This document shows, in pieces, positions 48,667 to 57,609 of a stretch of 64,000 nucleotides of DNA (position 1 is the stretch's first letter; each line of letters starts with the position of its first letter). This stretch comes from Spirochaetia bacterium (lineage in GTDB: Bacteria > Spirochaetota > Spirochaetia > SZUA-6 > Bin103), in the NCBI GenBank assembly GCA_965198005.1, contig CBDAOI010000004.1, positions 416,001 through 480,000 of the forward strand, given 5' to 3'. Both the position numbers and the translations under genes were made by a program. The notes under the pieces are model-generated. The model had not been told where the DNA came from, made no database searches, and saw nothing but the letters and a program-made list of their open reading frames with translations.

Positions 48667-49725
48667 ATGGCACCAATACAGAAGGGCGGCACGGTCGCAG
48701 TTACCGGCGCCGCCGGCTTCATCGGCGGCTGGGTGGTCCGGCGGCTGCTGGACAAGGGCTACCGCGTGCGCGCCTGCGTGCGCGACGCCGATGATGCAAC
48801 CCGCACCACGTTTCTGCGCCAGATGCCCGCCTACGCGTCGGGCCGACTCTCCATCCACAGCGCCGACCTAGACCAGGCCGGCTGTTTCGACCGCGCCTTT
48901 GCCGGCTGCCGCGGCGTGTGTCACGTGTCGCACGTCAGCAAGTACAACGATATGGACTACGTGCAGATGGTGTGCGATCACACCATCGCCAGCATCGACA
49001 GGTCCGAGAGCGTCGGCCGGGTGATCGTCACCTCCAGCCTGGCGGCCGTGTCGGCCGAGGTGGACCGGCAGGAGTTGGCGCCGCGTCCGGTGCTCTACGA
49101 GGACCGCTACCCGAACGAGCACCACCCGGACTGGTCGGCCAAGCGCGCCGGCTACGCGATGGGGAAGCTCATCGCCGAGCGCTCGTTCGCCCAGGCCGCC
49201 GAGCGCAGCGGGAGCTGGGAGTCGATCGCGTGCCTGCCCGCCGACAACGTCGGCCCGATCCAGTCCGCGCACCAGAAGGACATGGGGCCGTGGCAGCACC
49301 GCATCGAGATGATGCTGCTGGGTGAGTATCCGCAGACCGAGGATTACAGGCCGTGGATGCCGGTCGACGTGCGCGACGACGCCGACTGCCACATCGGCCT
49401 GCTCGAGAGCGTGCAGGTGCGCAGCGGCGAGCGCTACCTTGCCTGGGCGGCCGAGATGCACAGGGTGGAAGCAATCGACCGTCGCATTGGCCAGCTGCTG
49501 CCTGAGCTCGGGCGCGCCGAAGCTTCGGTCGCCGACAGTCAGTCTGCGGAAACGAAGGCGCAGGAGGCGGAGCTGCGAGCGATCTGGGCTGGCTGCGACC
49601 TGCGCAACGACCGCGTTCGCGCCGTCACCGGCGTCGAGTTTCGGCCGTTCGATGAGTCGCTGCGCGACTGCGTGGAGTCGTTGCTGGCGGTTGCCAACGT
49701 GCCGGCAAAGAACAGGGTTGGCTGA
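48667..49725 (+). CDS. NAD-dependent epimerase/dehydratase family
   Basis: VTGAAGFIG, TSS.AA, YAMGK, VDVRD.A. Confidence 0.85.
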   Translation: MAPIQKGGTVAVTGAAGFIGGWVVRRLLDKGYRVRACVRDADDATRTTFLRQMPAYASGRLSIHSADLDQAGCFDRAFAGCRGVCHVSHVSKYNDMDYVQMVCDHTIASIDRSESVGRVIVTSSLAAVSAEVDRQELAPRPVLYEDRYPNEHHPDWSAKRAGYAMGKLIAERSFAQAAERSGSWESIACLPADNVGPIQSAHQKDMGPWQHRIEMMLLGEYPQTEDYRPWMPVDVRDDADCHIGLLESVQVRSGERYLAWAAEMHRVEAIDRRIGQLLPELGRAEASVADSQSAETKAQEAELRAIWAGCDLRNDRVRAVTGVEFRPFDESLRDCVESLLAVANVPAKNRVG

Positions 49726-49769
49726 AATCCCCCAAGGCGCACCACGGGGACTGGCTTGACCCCCGCGGC

Positions 49770-50365
49770 ACCTGGCCGAGCGCTGGGAGCAGCCCGACCC
49801 GACCACCATCGTGTTTCACATCCGCCAGGGCGTGAACTGGCACGACAAGGCGCCGATGAATGGTCGCGCGCTCACCGCAAAGGACGTGGAGTTCAACTTC
49901 CACCGCTACCTCGGGCTAGGCAGCGGCTTCACCGAGCCACCGGAAGGCGCGGCGGCCGTGGGGCCCATAGACGACATGGGATTCACCTCGGTAACGGCAC
50001 AGGGCAACACGGTCGTCTTCAAGCTTGCGGAGCAGAACCTGGACGCTGTCAAGACGATCCTTACGCAGAACGTCCTGTTTATCTATCCACCGGAGGTGAT
50101 TCGGGCGGGGACCGGTGTCGATATCGGCGATTGGCAGAACCTGGTGGGCACCGGACCCTACGAGCTTACCGACCTGGTGGAAGGCAGCTCCGTCACCTGG
50201 GAGAAGGCTCCCAACTACTGGGCGTTCGATGAGAAGTTCCCGCAGAACCGACTGCCCTATATCGATAGCATCAACGCGCTGGTGATGCCGGAGGCGCAGA
50301 CGCGTCTGGCGGCGTTGCGCTCGGGACAGGTCGACTTCCTCGGCTTCCATGGCAGTTCTCAGGTG
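49770..50365 (+). pseudogene. Family 5 ABC binding protein internal fragment
   Basis: WHDKAPMNGR, LVGTGPY, NRLPYID, TRLAALRSG. Confidence 0.85.
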
Positions 50366-50592
50366 GTGCGCCAGGCTAACTGGCATATGACAGAGGGTGG
50401 GAGTCCCTTGAAGCGAAGGAATAACCGATCCACGCTTCTCCGCGAGCCGTGCGCTTGCACCCGCGAGGGTGCAGGCGAAGCGTCGGTAGCGGTGCGTGCG
50501 GGCGGACTATTGAGCGTCGAAAATGACATGGTCTGGAGTGCCGAGGTTTTCACTGCTGCCGAAGGCAACACCGGTTATGTCGCTATGGTGAG
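50366..50592 (+). mobile_element. Group II intron 5' end (domain I fragment)
   Basis: Starts GTGCG where coding similarity stops; gagccgtgc..gcgag..gcgaagcgtcggtag and gagtgccga..gaaggcaaca blocks. Confidence 0.75.
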
Positions 50593-50600
50593 ACCTGACC

Positions 50601-50890
50601 GGCGCTGCGCGATCTGCTGAACGGCGGCGCGCAGGGCGACTTCCGCTGCGTGTACGCCAACGTCGAGGATGGCCAGGCGATGCGGGAGAACGTGGCGGCG
50701 GGCATGCCACCGTGCTTGCCGAACTGGCGCTCCAGGCCAGCATGACGCTGGGCGAAGGGCGGCGGTACATGGAGCTGGCGCCGCGCTTGGCGCTGTGGCT
50801 CGGTCTGTTCCTGACGGTGACGGTGTACTGCCTCAACATGGTGGGCGACGCGGTGCGCGACCTGCTCGACCCGCGCCTGCGCGGGCAGAT
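50601..50890 (+). pseudogene. AAA ATPase fragment (like 41361-41515) joined to a dppC 3' end
   Basis: ALRDLLNGGAQGDFRCVYANVE then GEGRRYMELAP...GDAVRDLLDPRLRG. Confidence 0.8.
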
Positions 50891-51042
50891 CGGGCGGTTC
50901 GGCGGCGCCAGGCACGGTATCGGCCGCCGCGGCCGGGCTGAGTCCGCACTGGGCAGCACGCACCGTCCGGAGGATCGACGGATGCGGACGGTGCATGACG
51001 ACACACGCGACCTGATAATCTGGCGGCGTTGCACTTGACATC

Positions 51043-51672
51043 CTACGGCAGCACCAGCGCCCGCACTTCTCGGATGAAGAACTGCTTGCACGGCGACCAT
51101 TCGAAGGGCGCAAGCATGCGCGGCAGCGGCTCCGCTTCGGCATCGTCGAAGTAGGTCAGGCTCATCGCTACCTGATAGGGATTCAAACGGCCCGGTCCAT
51201 ACTTCCGCGGCAACAGTTGCAGGTAATCGCCGAGAGCGGGACCGGTCTGCAGGATCGAAAACAGGTCGACGAAGTCCCTGCGGCTGCCGCGATTGGTTAC
51301 CGCCAACAGCTTCATCAGAGCGATGTCGCGCACGTCGGCAACGCCGAAGAACGTGTACGGTGTCACCGGAAACAGGAACGGATCCCCAACCTGAAAGAAG
51401 GACAGCTTGACGCCTCGCATGAGCACGCTCAACGTGCGCTCATCCGAGTACAGGGTGTCGCACGCGGCCACTTCCCCCAACTTGTCGAACAGCGTCGCGG
51501 TGTCTACGCCGCGCACGCAAAAGAAGTCCAAGTCCTCGGAGATTCGGTGGCCGAGCTGCAGCGCCAACCCGGTTCCGCCGGCCAGCACCCAGCCGCAGAA
51601 CTCGGCGGCCCCGCGGCCGTTCAGCGAGGCCAGGAGCTCGCCGCTGGTTGCTGGGAGCACTTCCGTGTGCAC
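51043..51672 (-). CDS. AbiEii/AbiGii nucleotidyltransferase toxin
   Basis: LAGGTGLALQLGHRISEDLDFF, MKL.A...RG.RRDFVD. Confidence 0.9.
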   Translation of the reverse strand: MHTEVLPATSGELLASLNGRGAAEFCGWVLAGGTGLALQLGHRISEDLDFFCVRGVDTATLFDKLGEVAACDTLYSDERTLSVLMRGVKLSFFQVGDPFLFPVTPYTFFGVADVRDIALMKLLAVTNRGSRRDFVDLFSILQTGPALGDYLQLLPRKYGPGRLNPYQVAMSLTYFDDAEAEPLPRMLAPFEWSPCKQFFIREVRALVLP

Positions 51673-51944
51673 GCCACACCCTCCAGTTTCAGAACGGCGT
51701 CCCACAGCGCGGCCACCTTCGCCGATTGCATTCTGACGCCGGAGATCGTTTCCAGAAACGCGCGCCGCCCCATGACTGCCGCGAGCCCGCGTACGTCTTC
51801 CAGATCACCAAAGTGGATGACCCGCGAAACCACCCAACGGGGATACGTTTCCAAGTCGGTGGCGGACAGGGGGCGATCCCAGAACAACCTGGCCGCCCGC
51901 TGCAGAACACGATCCCTGGAGACCATCCCCCGCGGTCGCTGCAT
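51621..51944 (-). CDS. Small partner of AbiEii (DUF6922-like)
   Basis: LFWD....DL......V.SRV..FG.LED. Confidence 0.7.
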   Translation of the reverse strand: MQRPRGMVSRDRVLQRAARLFWDRPLSATDLETYPRWVVSRVIHFGDLEDVRGLAAVMGRRAFLETISGVRMQSAKVAALWDAVLKLEGVACTRKCSQQPAASSWPR

Positions 51945-52131
51945 CGTTCTGCCAGTATAGCACGAACGGAGCCTCCCCGCGTTGGAGGATCGTGCGAAGC
52001 GAGCCATGCTGGCGGCTGAGTGGCAACAGCAGGGCGCGGGCGCCGCGCCGTTCGACCGGCTGCGTGCGGTCGGCTGTGGTACCATGGACGCCATGACTGG
52101 GGACGGCGCGCCGAGCCGTAGGGCGCACGGG

Positions 52132-52386
52132 ATGCTCAGCCGCGATTCGTCGCCCGAGGTCGAGCGGCTGCAGATCGACCTCTGGCGGCGGATGTCACCT
52201 CTCGACAAGGGGCGCGCCGTAGATGGCCTGAGCCGCGCTACCGATGAGTTGGCCCTGGCCGGTATCCGGCAACGCCATCCGCACGCCCCCGAGCACGAAT
52301 GCCGGCTGCGTCTCGCCGTGCTCAAGCTCGGCCCGCAGCTCGCGGCTCGCGTGTACCCGGAGGCGGCAGCTCTGTTCGACTCCTGA
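52132..52386 (+). CDS. Small hypothetical protein, antitoxin-like
   Basis: D.SPE.ER.Q....RRMSP..K...LAGIRQRHP. Confidence 0.6.
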   Translation: MLSRDSSPEVERLQIDLWRRMSPLDKGRAVDGLSRATDELALAGIRQRHPHAPEHECRLRLAVLKLGPQLAARVYPEAAALFDS

Positions 52387-52601
52387 TGGGGCAGGGCGGG
52401 TAGGGTCAGTTACTACCGACCACTCTCCGGCGGCCCGGGCGGTCGGCAACACCAACGCGAGAACGCTGCTGCACGATGGCTTGACACGGCTCTGCCGCTG
52501 GACTATCAAGGCGTTCCCAGAACGACCTGGATGGAGGCAACGATGGAGAACGAGAAAGGTCCACCGAGGCGGACGTAGCGCAATTCAGCGCGCCGGAGAA
52601 G

Positions 52602-52985
52602 TTGACCGAGGCTACCGCGGTCAATCCGGACGACGTCGACTGGCTGTTCCTGAAGAAGCCGGGTGGCGTGGTCGACCTGGTGGAACCGGGGGATAGCTGC
52701 TTCAAAATCGTGATTCCGGGGGACAAGCTCCAGGCCGGCATCTGGCAGGCGCTGCCCGGCGAGGTATTCTGGATGGATCTGCACCCCGAGAGCGACGAGT
52801 TTTGGTACATCATCAAGGGTGAGTGCACCTTCTGGCTGCCCGACACCAAAGAGATGAAGACCGCCAAACAGGGCGAGTTCTTCTACGTTCCCGCCGGGGT
52901 GCGCCACCAGTCGATCAACCGCTCGACCGAAGAGCTGGTGCTGATCTACGCGTCCGCTCCGGTGGTATCGGCCACCCATCACTAG
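52602..52985 (+). CDS. Cupin domain protein
   Basis: HP.SDEFWYI.KG...VPAGVRH...N. Confidence 0.8.
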   Translation: MTEATAVNPDDVDWLFLKKPGGVVDLVEPGDSCFKIVIPGDKLQAGIWQALPGEVFWMDLHPESDEFWYIIKGECTFWLPDTKEMKTAKQGEFFYVPAGVRHQSINRSTEELVLIYASAPVVSATHH

Positions 52986-53008
52986 GCGCCCCGCCGCCGG
53001 AGGTAATC

Positions 53009-53834
53009 ATGGAAACTCGCGGCATCTATCTGCCGGGCAACAAGGAAGCCCACGTCAAGGAGTGGACCGTGTCCGAGCCACGCGGCGACGAGGTGCTGAT
53101 TCAGGTCAAGGCGGCCGCACTGTGCGCCAGCGACATGAGCATCTACAAGGGGAATCCCCTGATCCCGGGCTATCCTTCCGGCACGTTCATCGTCGGCCAT
53201 GAGCCGTGCGGCATCGTCGCCGGGACCGGCCCCGACGTGCGCCGGGTGCGCGAAGGCGACCGGGTGGCGATCATCGCGTTCACGAGCTGCGGCGACTGCG
53301 ACTACTGCCGCACCGGAGAGCCGATGCTGTGCGCTGAGATGGGGGTGATCGGGTTCACCGCGCACGGCGGCGACGCCGACTACCTGGTCGTGCCCGAGCG
53401 CATGTGCCTGCCGCTGCCGGACGCGGTCAAGCGACGTGGTCGGCGCCATTTCCACCGACGTGCTGGGCAACCTCTACTCCACGATGAACGAGCTGGAGCT
53501 GGGCGCGGACGACCTCGTGGCAATCGCCGGCTGCGGCCCGATGGGCCTGGCGGGCGGGAACCATGGCGTGGTCGCCCAGATCGGCGAACCGGGCGACCAG
53601 CCGATCACGATCAACCCCAGCGAGCAGTTGATCAGAAAGAAGCTCACCTACCTCGGGTCATGGTACTTCAAGCTGACCGAGTGGGACCAAATCATCGACT
53701 TCATCCTGGCGATCGGCAACGACAAGGCGGAACGGATCGTCTCGCGCCGGTACCGGCTGGAGGAGGAAGCCGCGAGCGAGGGCTTCCGCCTGTTCAGCGA
53801 GCACAAGACCCTCAAGGTCGTCTTCACTCCCTGA
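53009..53834 (+). pseudogene. Zn-dependent alcohol dehydrogenase, frameshifted and internally deleted
   Basis: C.SD, GHE, CGDCDYC; G.GPMG in a second frame. Confidence 0.8.
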
Positions 53835-53851
53835 GCGACCGCGCGCGCACG

Positions 53852-55459
53852 ATGAGCCTGTACGCTTCCACCACCCGCAGAAGGCTGGACCTGGCCGGGC
53901 TCTGGCAGTTCAATCCGGACGAGGGAGAACTTCCCCCGGAGGAGTGGCGCGACGATCTGACGATGCTGCTGCCGGGGTGTTGGAACACGCAGAATCCCGA
54001 GTACTACTACCAGCCGATCGCCTGGACCAGGAGGGAGGTGTTCGTGCCTGCCGACTGGCCGGCCGCCTGCCGGTTGTTTTGCGGCATCCACGCCTGGGAA
54101 CTGGCGGTATGGGTGAACGGCAGTCGGGCCGGCGCGCACACCGGCTATCTCTCCACCTGGCTCGAGGTCGAAGTGCAGCCGGGCAAGCTGAACACCTTCC
54201 TGCTGCGCATGGACGCGTCCGAGACGGACGACCGGATCGGTACCCGCTTCGACGTCAACAACCCAGGCGGCGTGTTCGGGGCGCTGGTGCTGGAAGCGCG
54301 GGCAGCGGTTTCGATCAGCGACTTGGGCGTGCGCACCGAGCTGGCCGGCGGCGGCGCGCTGGTGCGGGTGACCGCGCGGGTCGCGGGGCAGGGGGACGCG
54401 CTGCGGCTGAGGATCCTCGACCGCGGGCGCGAGCTGGCCGCGCACGCCACCGCGCCGGCGCGGGACTCGGTGGAGGCAGCGATCGCCGTGCCGCAGGCGC
54501 GGCCTTGGTCACCCGACGACCCGTACCTGTACACCCTTGAGGCGGAGGTCGAGGCCGCCGGCGCCGCCGTCGATCAGGTATCGCTCCAGTTCGGAATTCG
54601 CACCATCGAGGTGCGGGAGCGGGCCATCTACCTCAACGGCGCGCCCCAGTCGATCCGCGGCATGCTCACGTTCAACGATCATCCGGACACCTCGCGGCAT
54701 CTCCCGACCCACATCATTCTCAAGGACTTCTGGATCGCGAAACATGCCAACGTCAACGCCTGGCGCCACCACTACCCGGCGTCCCAGGAATTCCTCGAGC
54801 TGGCCGACCGGTACGGCTTCCTGGTGATCGAAAGCGTGCCGCTGGTGTGGAACGAGCTGGGCGTGTTCCACGACTGGTATTCGGATGAGGAGTACAAGCA
54901 GATCGTCAAGGACGTGACCCGAGAACTGCTGCGCGAGGCGGAGCGGCTGGATCCGACGCGGTTCGCGCTGTTCGCCACCGGGCTGATTCTCGATGAGCTC
55001 TGCCTGGAGCTGGAGGAAGCGCGGGTGCTGGGCATCAACCTGTACCCGCGGGTGTACGATCCGCACATCTGGAAGACCAGCGATCCGTTGGCCGCCGAGC
55101 TGCAGAAGGGCGTCGAGGTGCTGAGCTTCGTACGGCGGAAGTTTCCCGACAAGGCGATTCTGATGACCGAGTTCGGCTGGCAGACGATTCCCGGACTGCG
55201 GGACTTCCGCAACTGCAACTGGTCGGAGGACTATCAGGCGAAGTTCATCGGCAAGCTGGTGCCCGAGATGACGCGCATCGGCGTCTGCGGGTTCATGTTC
55301 TCCTGCTACGCCGACTGGATGACCCGTCCGGTGATGAAGGCGCCGATCGAGGCCGAGCGGCCGGGCGAGCTTGGGTACTGGGGAATGGTGGATCAGTACC
55401 GCCGGCCGAAGCTGGTGTACAACACGATACGGGACCTGTACGGAGCAATGAAGTCATGA
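53852..55459 (+). CDS. Glycoside hydrolase family 2 (beta-glucuronidase-like), apparent internal deletion
   Basis: L.GLWQF, W.PD.PYLY, FGIRTI, R.HYP, TEFG, SEDYQ. Confidence 0.8.
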   Translation: MSLYASTTRRRLDLAGLWQFNPDEGELPPEEWRDDLTMLLPGCWNTQNPEYYYQPIAWTRREVFVPADWPAACRLFCGIHAWELAVWVNGSRAGAHTGYLSTWLEVEVQPGKLNTFLLRMDASETDDRIGTRFDVNNPGGVFGALVLEARAAVSISDLGVRTELAGGGALVRVTARVAGQGDALRLRILDRGRELAAHATAPARDSVEAAIAVPQARPWSPDDPYLYTLEAEVEAAGAAVDQVSLQFGIRTIEVRERAIYLNGAPQSIRGMLTFNDHPDTSRHLPTHIILKDFWIAKHANVNAWRHHYPASQEFLELADRYGFLVIESVPLVWNELGVFHDWYSDEEYKQIVKDVTRELLREAERLDPTRFALFATGLILDELCLELEEARVLGINLYPRVYDPHIWKTSDPLAAELQKGVEVLSFVRRKFPDKAILMTEFGWQTIPGLRDFRNCNWSEDYQAKFIGKLVPEMTRIGVCGFMFSCYADWMTRPVMKAPIEAERPGELGYWGMVDQYRRPKLVYNTIRDLYGAMKS

Positions 55460-56160
55460 GTGGCAACGGCAGCAACGGCAGCAACTGGGAGACCGTGACG
55501 GTGCAGGGGGCGCCGATGCGCACCTTCGTCGCGCGGCCGGCCGCACCGGTCGCGGCGCCGGGGATCCTGGTCGTCCAGCATGCCCCGGGAGTGGACCGGT
55601 TCGTGCAGGAGATGACGGCGCGCCTGGCCGCCGCCGGCTACGTGGCCGCGGCCCCCGACCTGTACCACCGGCAGCATCCGGCGCCGGCGGCGCCGCTGGC
55701 GCGCATGGCCCGGCTGCGAGACGGCGAGATCATCGACGACTGCAACGCCGTGCTCGACCATCTCGCGGCACGGCGGCTGGGAATCGTCGGCTTCTGCATG
55801 GGCGGGCGCGTGGCCTACCTGATGGCCGCGGCCAGCGACCGGCTGCAGGCGGCGGTGGCGTTCTACGGCGGCAACACGCGGGTGGCGTGGGGTGCGGGCG
55901 CCGCGCCGTTCGACCGGCTGCGTGCGGTCGGCTGTCCGGTGCTGGGTCTGTTCGGCGGCCGCGACGAGAACCCCTCCCCCGAAGACCGCGACGCCATCGA
56001 CGGCGAACTGACCCGCCACGGCGTGCCGCACACCTTCCATACCTTCGCCGCCGCCGGTCACGGGTACATGGACTTCAGCAATCCGCAGCGCCACGACCCG
56101 GCCGCCGCCGCTGCCTCCTGGCCGCTCACGCTGGAGTTCCTGCAGCGCTATCTCAAGTGA
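55456..56160 (+). CDS. Dienelactone hydrolase family
   Basis: APDLY, GFCMGG, AGHG. Confidence 0.92.
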   Translation: MSGNGSNGSNWETVTVQGAPMRTFVARPAAPVAAPGILVVQHAPGVDRFVQEMTARLAAAGYVAAAPDLYHRQHPAPAAPLARMARLRDGEIIDDCNAVLDHLAARRLGIVGFCMGGRVAYLMAAASDRLQAAVAFYGGNTRVAWGAGAAPFDRLRAVGCPVLGLFGGRDENPSPEDRDAIDGELTRHGVPHTFHTFAAAGHGYMDFSNPQRHDPAAAAASWPLTLEFLQRYLK

Positions 56161-56224
56161 TCCCAGCGATCCGCGGACGCTTGATCGATCAATTCGAGCG
56201 CGCGTACTTGGTCGCGGGCGATAG

Positions 56225-56320
56225 TCAGCAGCTCGCTGGCGGCGAGCAGGAAGGCGCCGACGCCGTATTCCATCGTGTGCTCGCGCCGGGCGCCGGGCAG
56301 TCCCGACCTTTGCCCGACGA
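56225..56320 (-). pseudogene. GH88/GH105 C-terminal fragment
   Basis: YGVGAFLLAASE. Confidence 0.5.
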
Positions 56321-56367
56321 ACGGGCGGAATAGTCCCGTGCCGAGGTGAAACGCCAACGTCGTGACG

Positions 56368-57597
56368 CTACTCGTGGCGCAGCGCCTCGACCGGGTCCAT
56401 GCGGGCGGCGCGGCTGGCCGGGTAGAGCCCGAACACGAGGCCGGTCCCGAACGACAGCAGGAACGCCAGGCGCACGGTGGCGAGGGAGATCAGACCGGGC
56501 CACTGCGTGAGTTGCGCCACGCCATAGATCACCGCCGCCGCCAGGCCGATGCCGGCCAGCCCGCCGCCGCCGCAGATCAGCACCGCCTCCACCACGAACT
56601 GGTTGAGGATCGCCGCCGGCTGGGCGCCCAGCGCCTTGCGCGTGCCGATCTCGCGGGTCCGCTCGCGCACCGATACCAGCATGATGTTCATCACGCCGAT
56701 GCCGGCCACCGCCAGCGCGATGATGCCCAGGATCGAGACCAGGGCGGTGATGGTTCCCGTGGTGGATTCGATGGTGGCCAGCAACTGCGCCCAATCGTGC
56801 ACCACGAACTTGTGATGCACGCCGTCGAACCGGCCGTGGTTGGCGTCCAGGATCGCCAGGATCTGCCGCTTGGCGTCCTCGATCGTGCGCAGGCTGTCGG
56901 CCTCGCCCCAGAGGATCGATATCACGTCCATCCCCGTGACCCGCTCCACCGTCGAGATCGGCACGTAGACCCGCTCGTCGGCCGTGAATTCGTCGGTCAC
57001 GGAGAGCACCGAGCGCTCCTCGGGGGCGAGTACCCCGATCACCTCCAGCTCGACCTGGTTCTCGAGCGAGATCAGCGCGCCGAGCGGCGGCTGGTCCGGG
57101 AACAGGGCGTCCGCCACCTCGGCGCCGAGCACCGCCACCTTGCGCTGCAGGCGGTCGTCCTCCGGGTGCAGGAAGCGCCCGGCGGCCACGCTGATCTGCC
57201 CGGTCTCCAGATAGTGGTGCAGGGTGCCGTAGATCTCGACTGCCCGCGTGCGCTCGCCGTGGCGGGCGGAGAACCCGCTCCAGGTGAGCTGCGGCGTAAC
57301 CGCGCGCACGGCGTCCGCCTCGGCGTTGATGCGGGCGACGTCGGTGCGCGTGAGCGAGGGCCAGTCGTAGCGCCCGTCGCTGGCTTCGATGATCTGGTAG
57401 TTGGGCAGCACCATCAGCGAACCGGCGCCGAAGCTGGAGATGGCGTCGCGCACCACCAGCTTGGCGCCGTCGCCGAGGCCGACGATGGTGACCACCGAGC
57501 CGACGCCGATCAGGATGCCGAGCAAGGCCAGGGTGGTGCGCGAGCGGCCGTCGGCGATGGCCGCCAGCGCGGCGAAGATCAGCGCCCCCGGCCCCAT
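56368..57597 (-). CDS. MacB/FtsX-type ABC permease
   Basis: GIGVMNIMLVSVRERTREIG.RKALGA, P.EALRHE. Confidence 0.93.
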   Translation of the reverse strand: MGPGALIFAALAAIADGRSRTTLALLGILIGVGSVVTIVGLGDGAKLVVRDAISSFGAGSLMVLPNYQIIEASDGRYDWPSLTRTDVARINAEADAVRAVTPQLTWSGFSARHGERTRAVEIYGTLHHYLETGQISVAAGRFLHPEDDRLQRKVAVLGAEVADALFPDQPPLGALISLENQVELEVIGVLAPEERSVLSVTDEFTADERVYVPISTVERVTGMDVISILWGEADSLRTIEDAKRQILAILDANHGRFDGVHHKFVVHDWAQLLATIESTTGTITALVSILGIIALAVAGIGVMNIMLVSVRERTREIGTRKALGAQPAAILNQFVVEAVLICGGGGLAGIGLAAAVIYGVAQLTQWPGLISLATVRLAFLLSFGTGLVFGLYPASRAARMDPVEALRHE

Positions 57598-57609
57598 GTC
57601 CCGGTTCTT

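Noticed and set aside
52823-55459. 878-aa ADH-GH2 fusion protein
   Set aside because: Artefact of a frameshift in the ADH; GH2 has its own start at 53852
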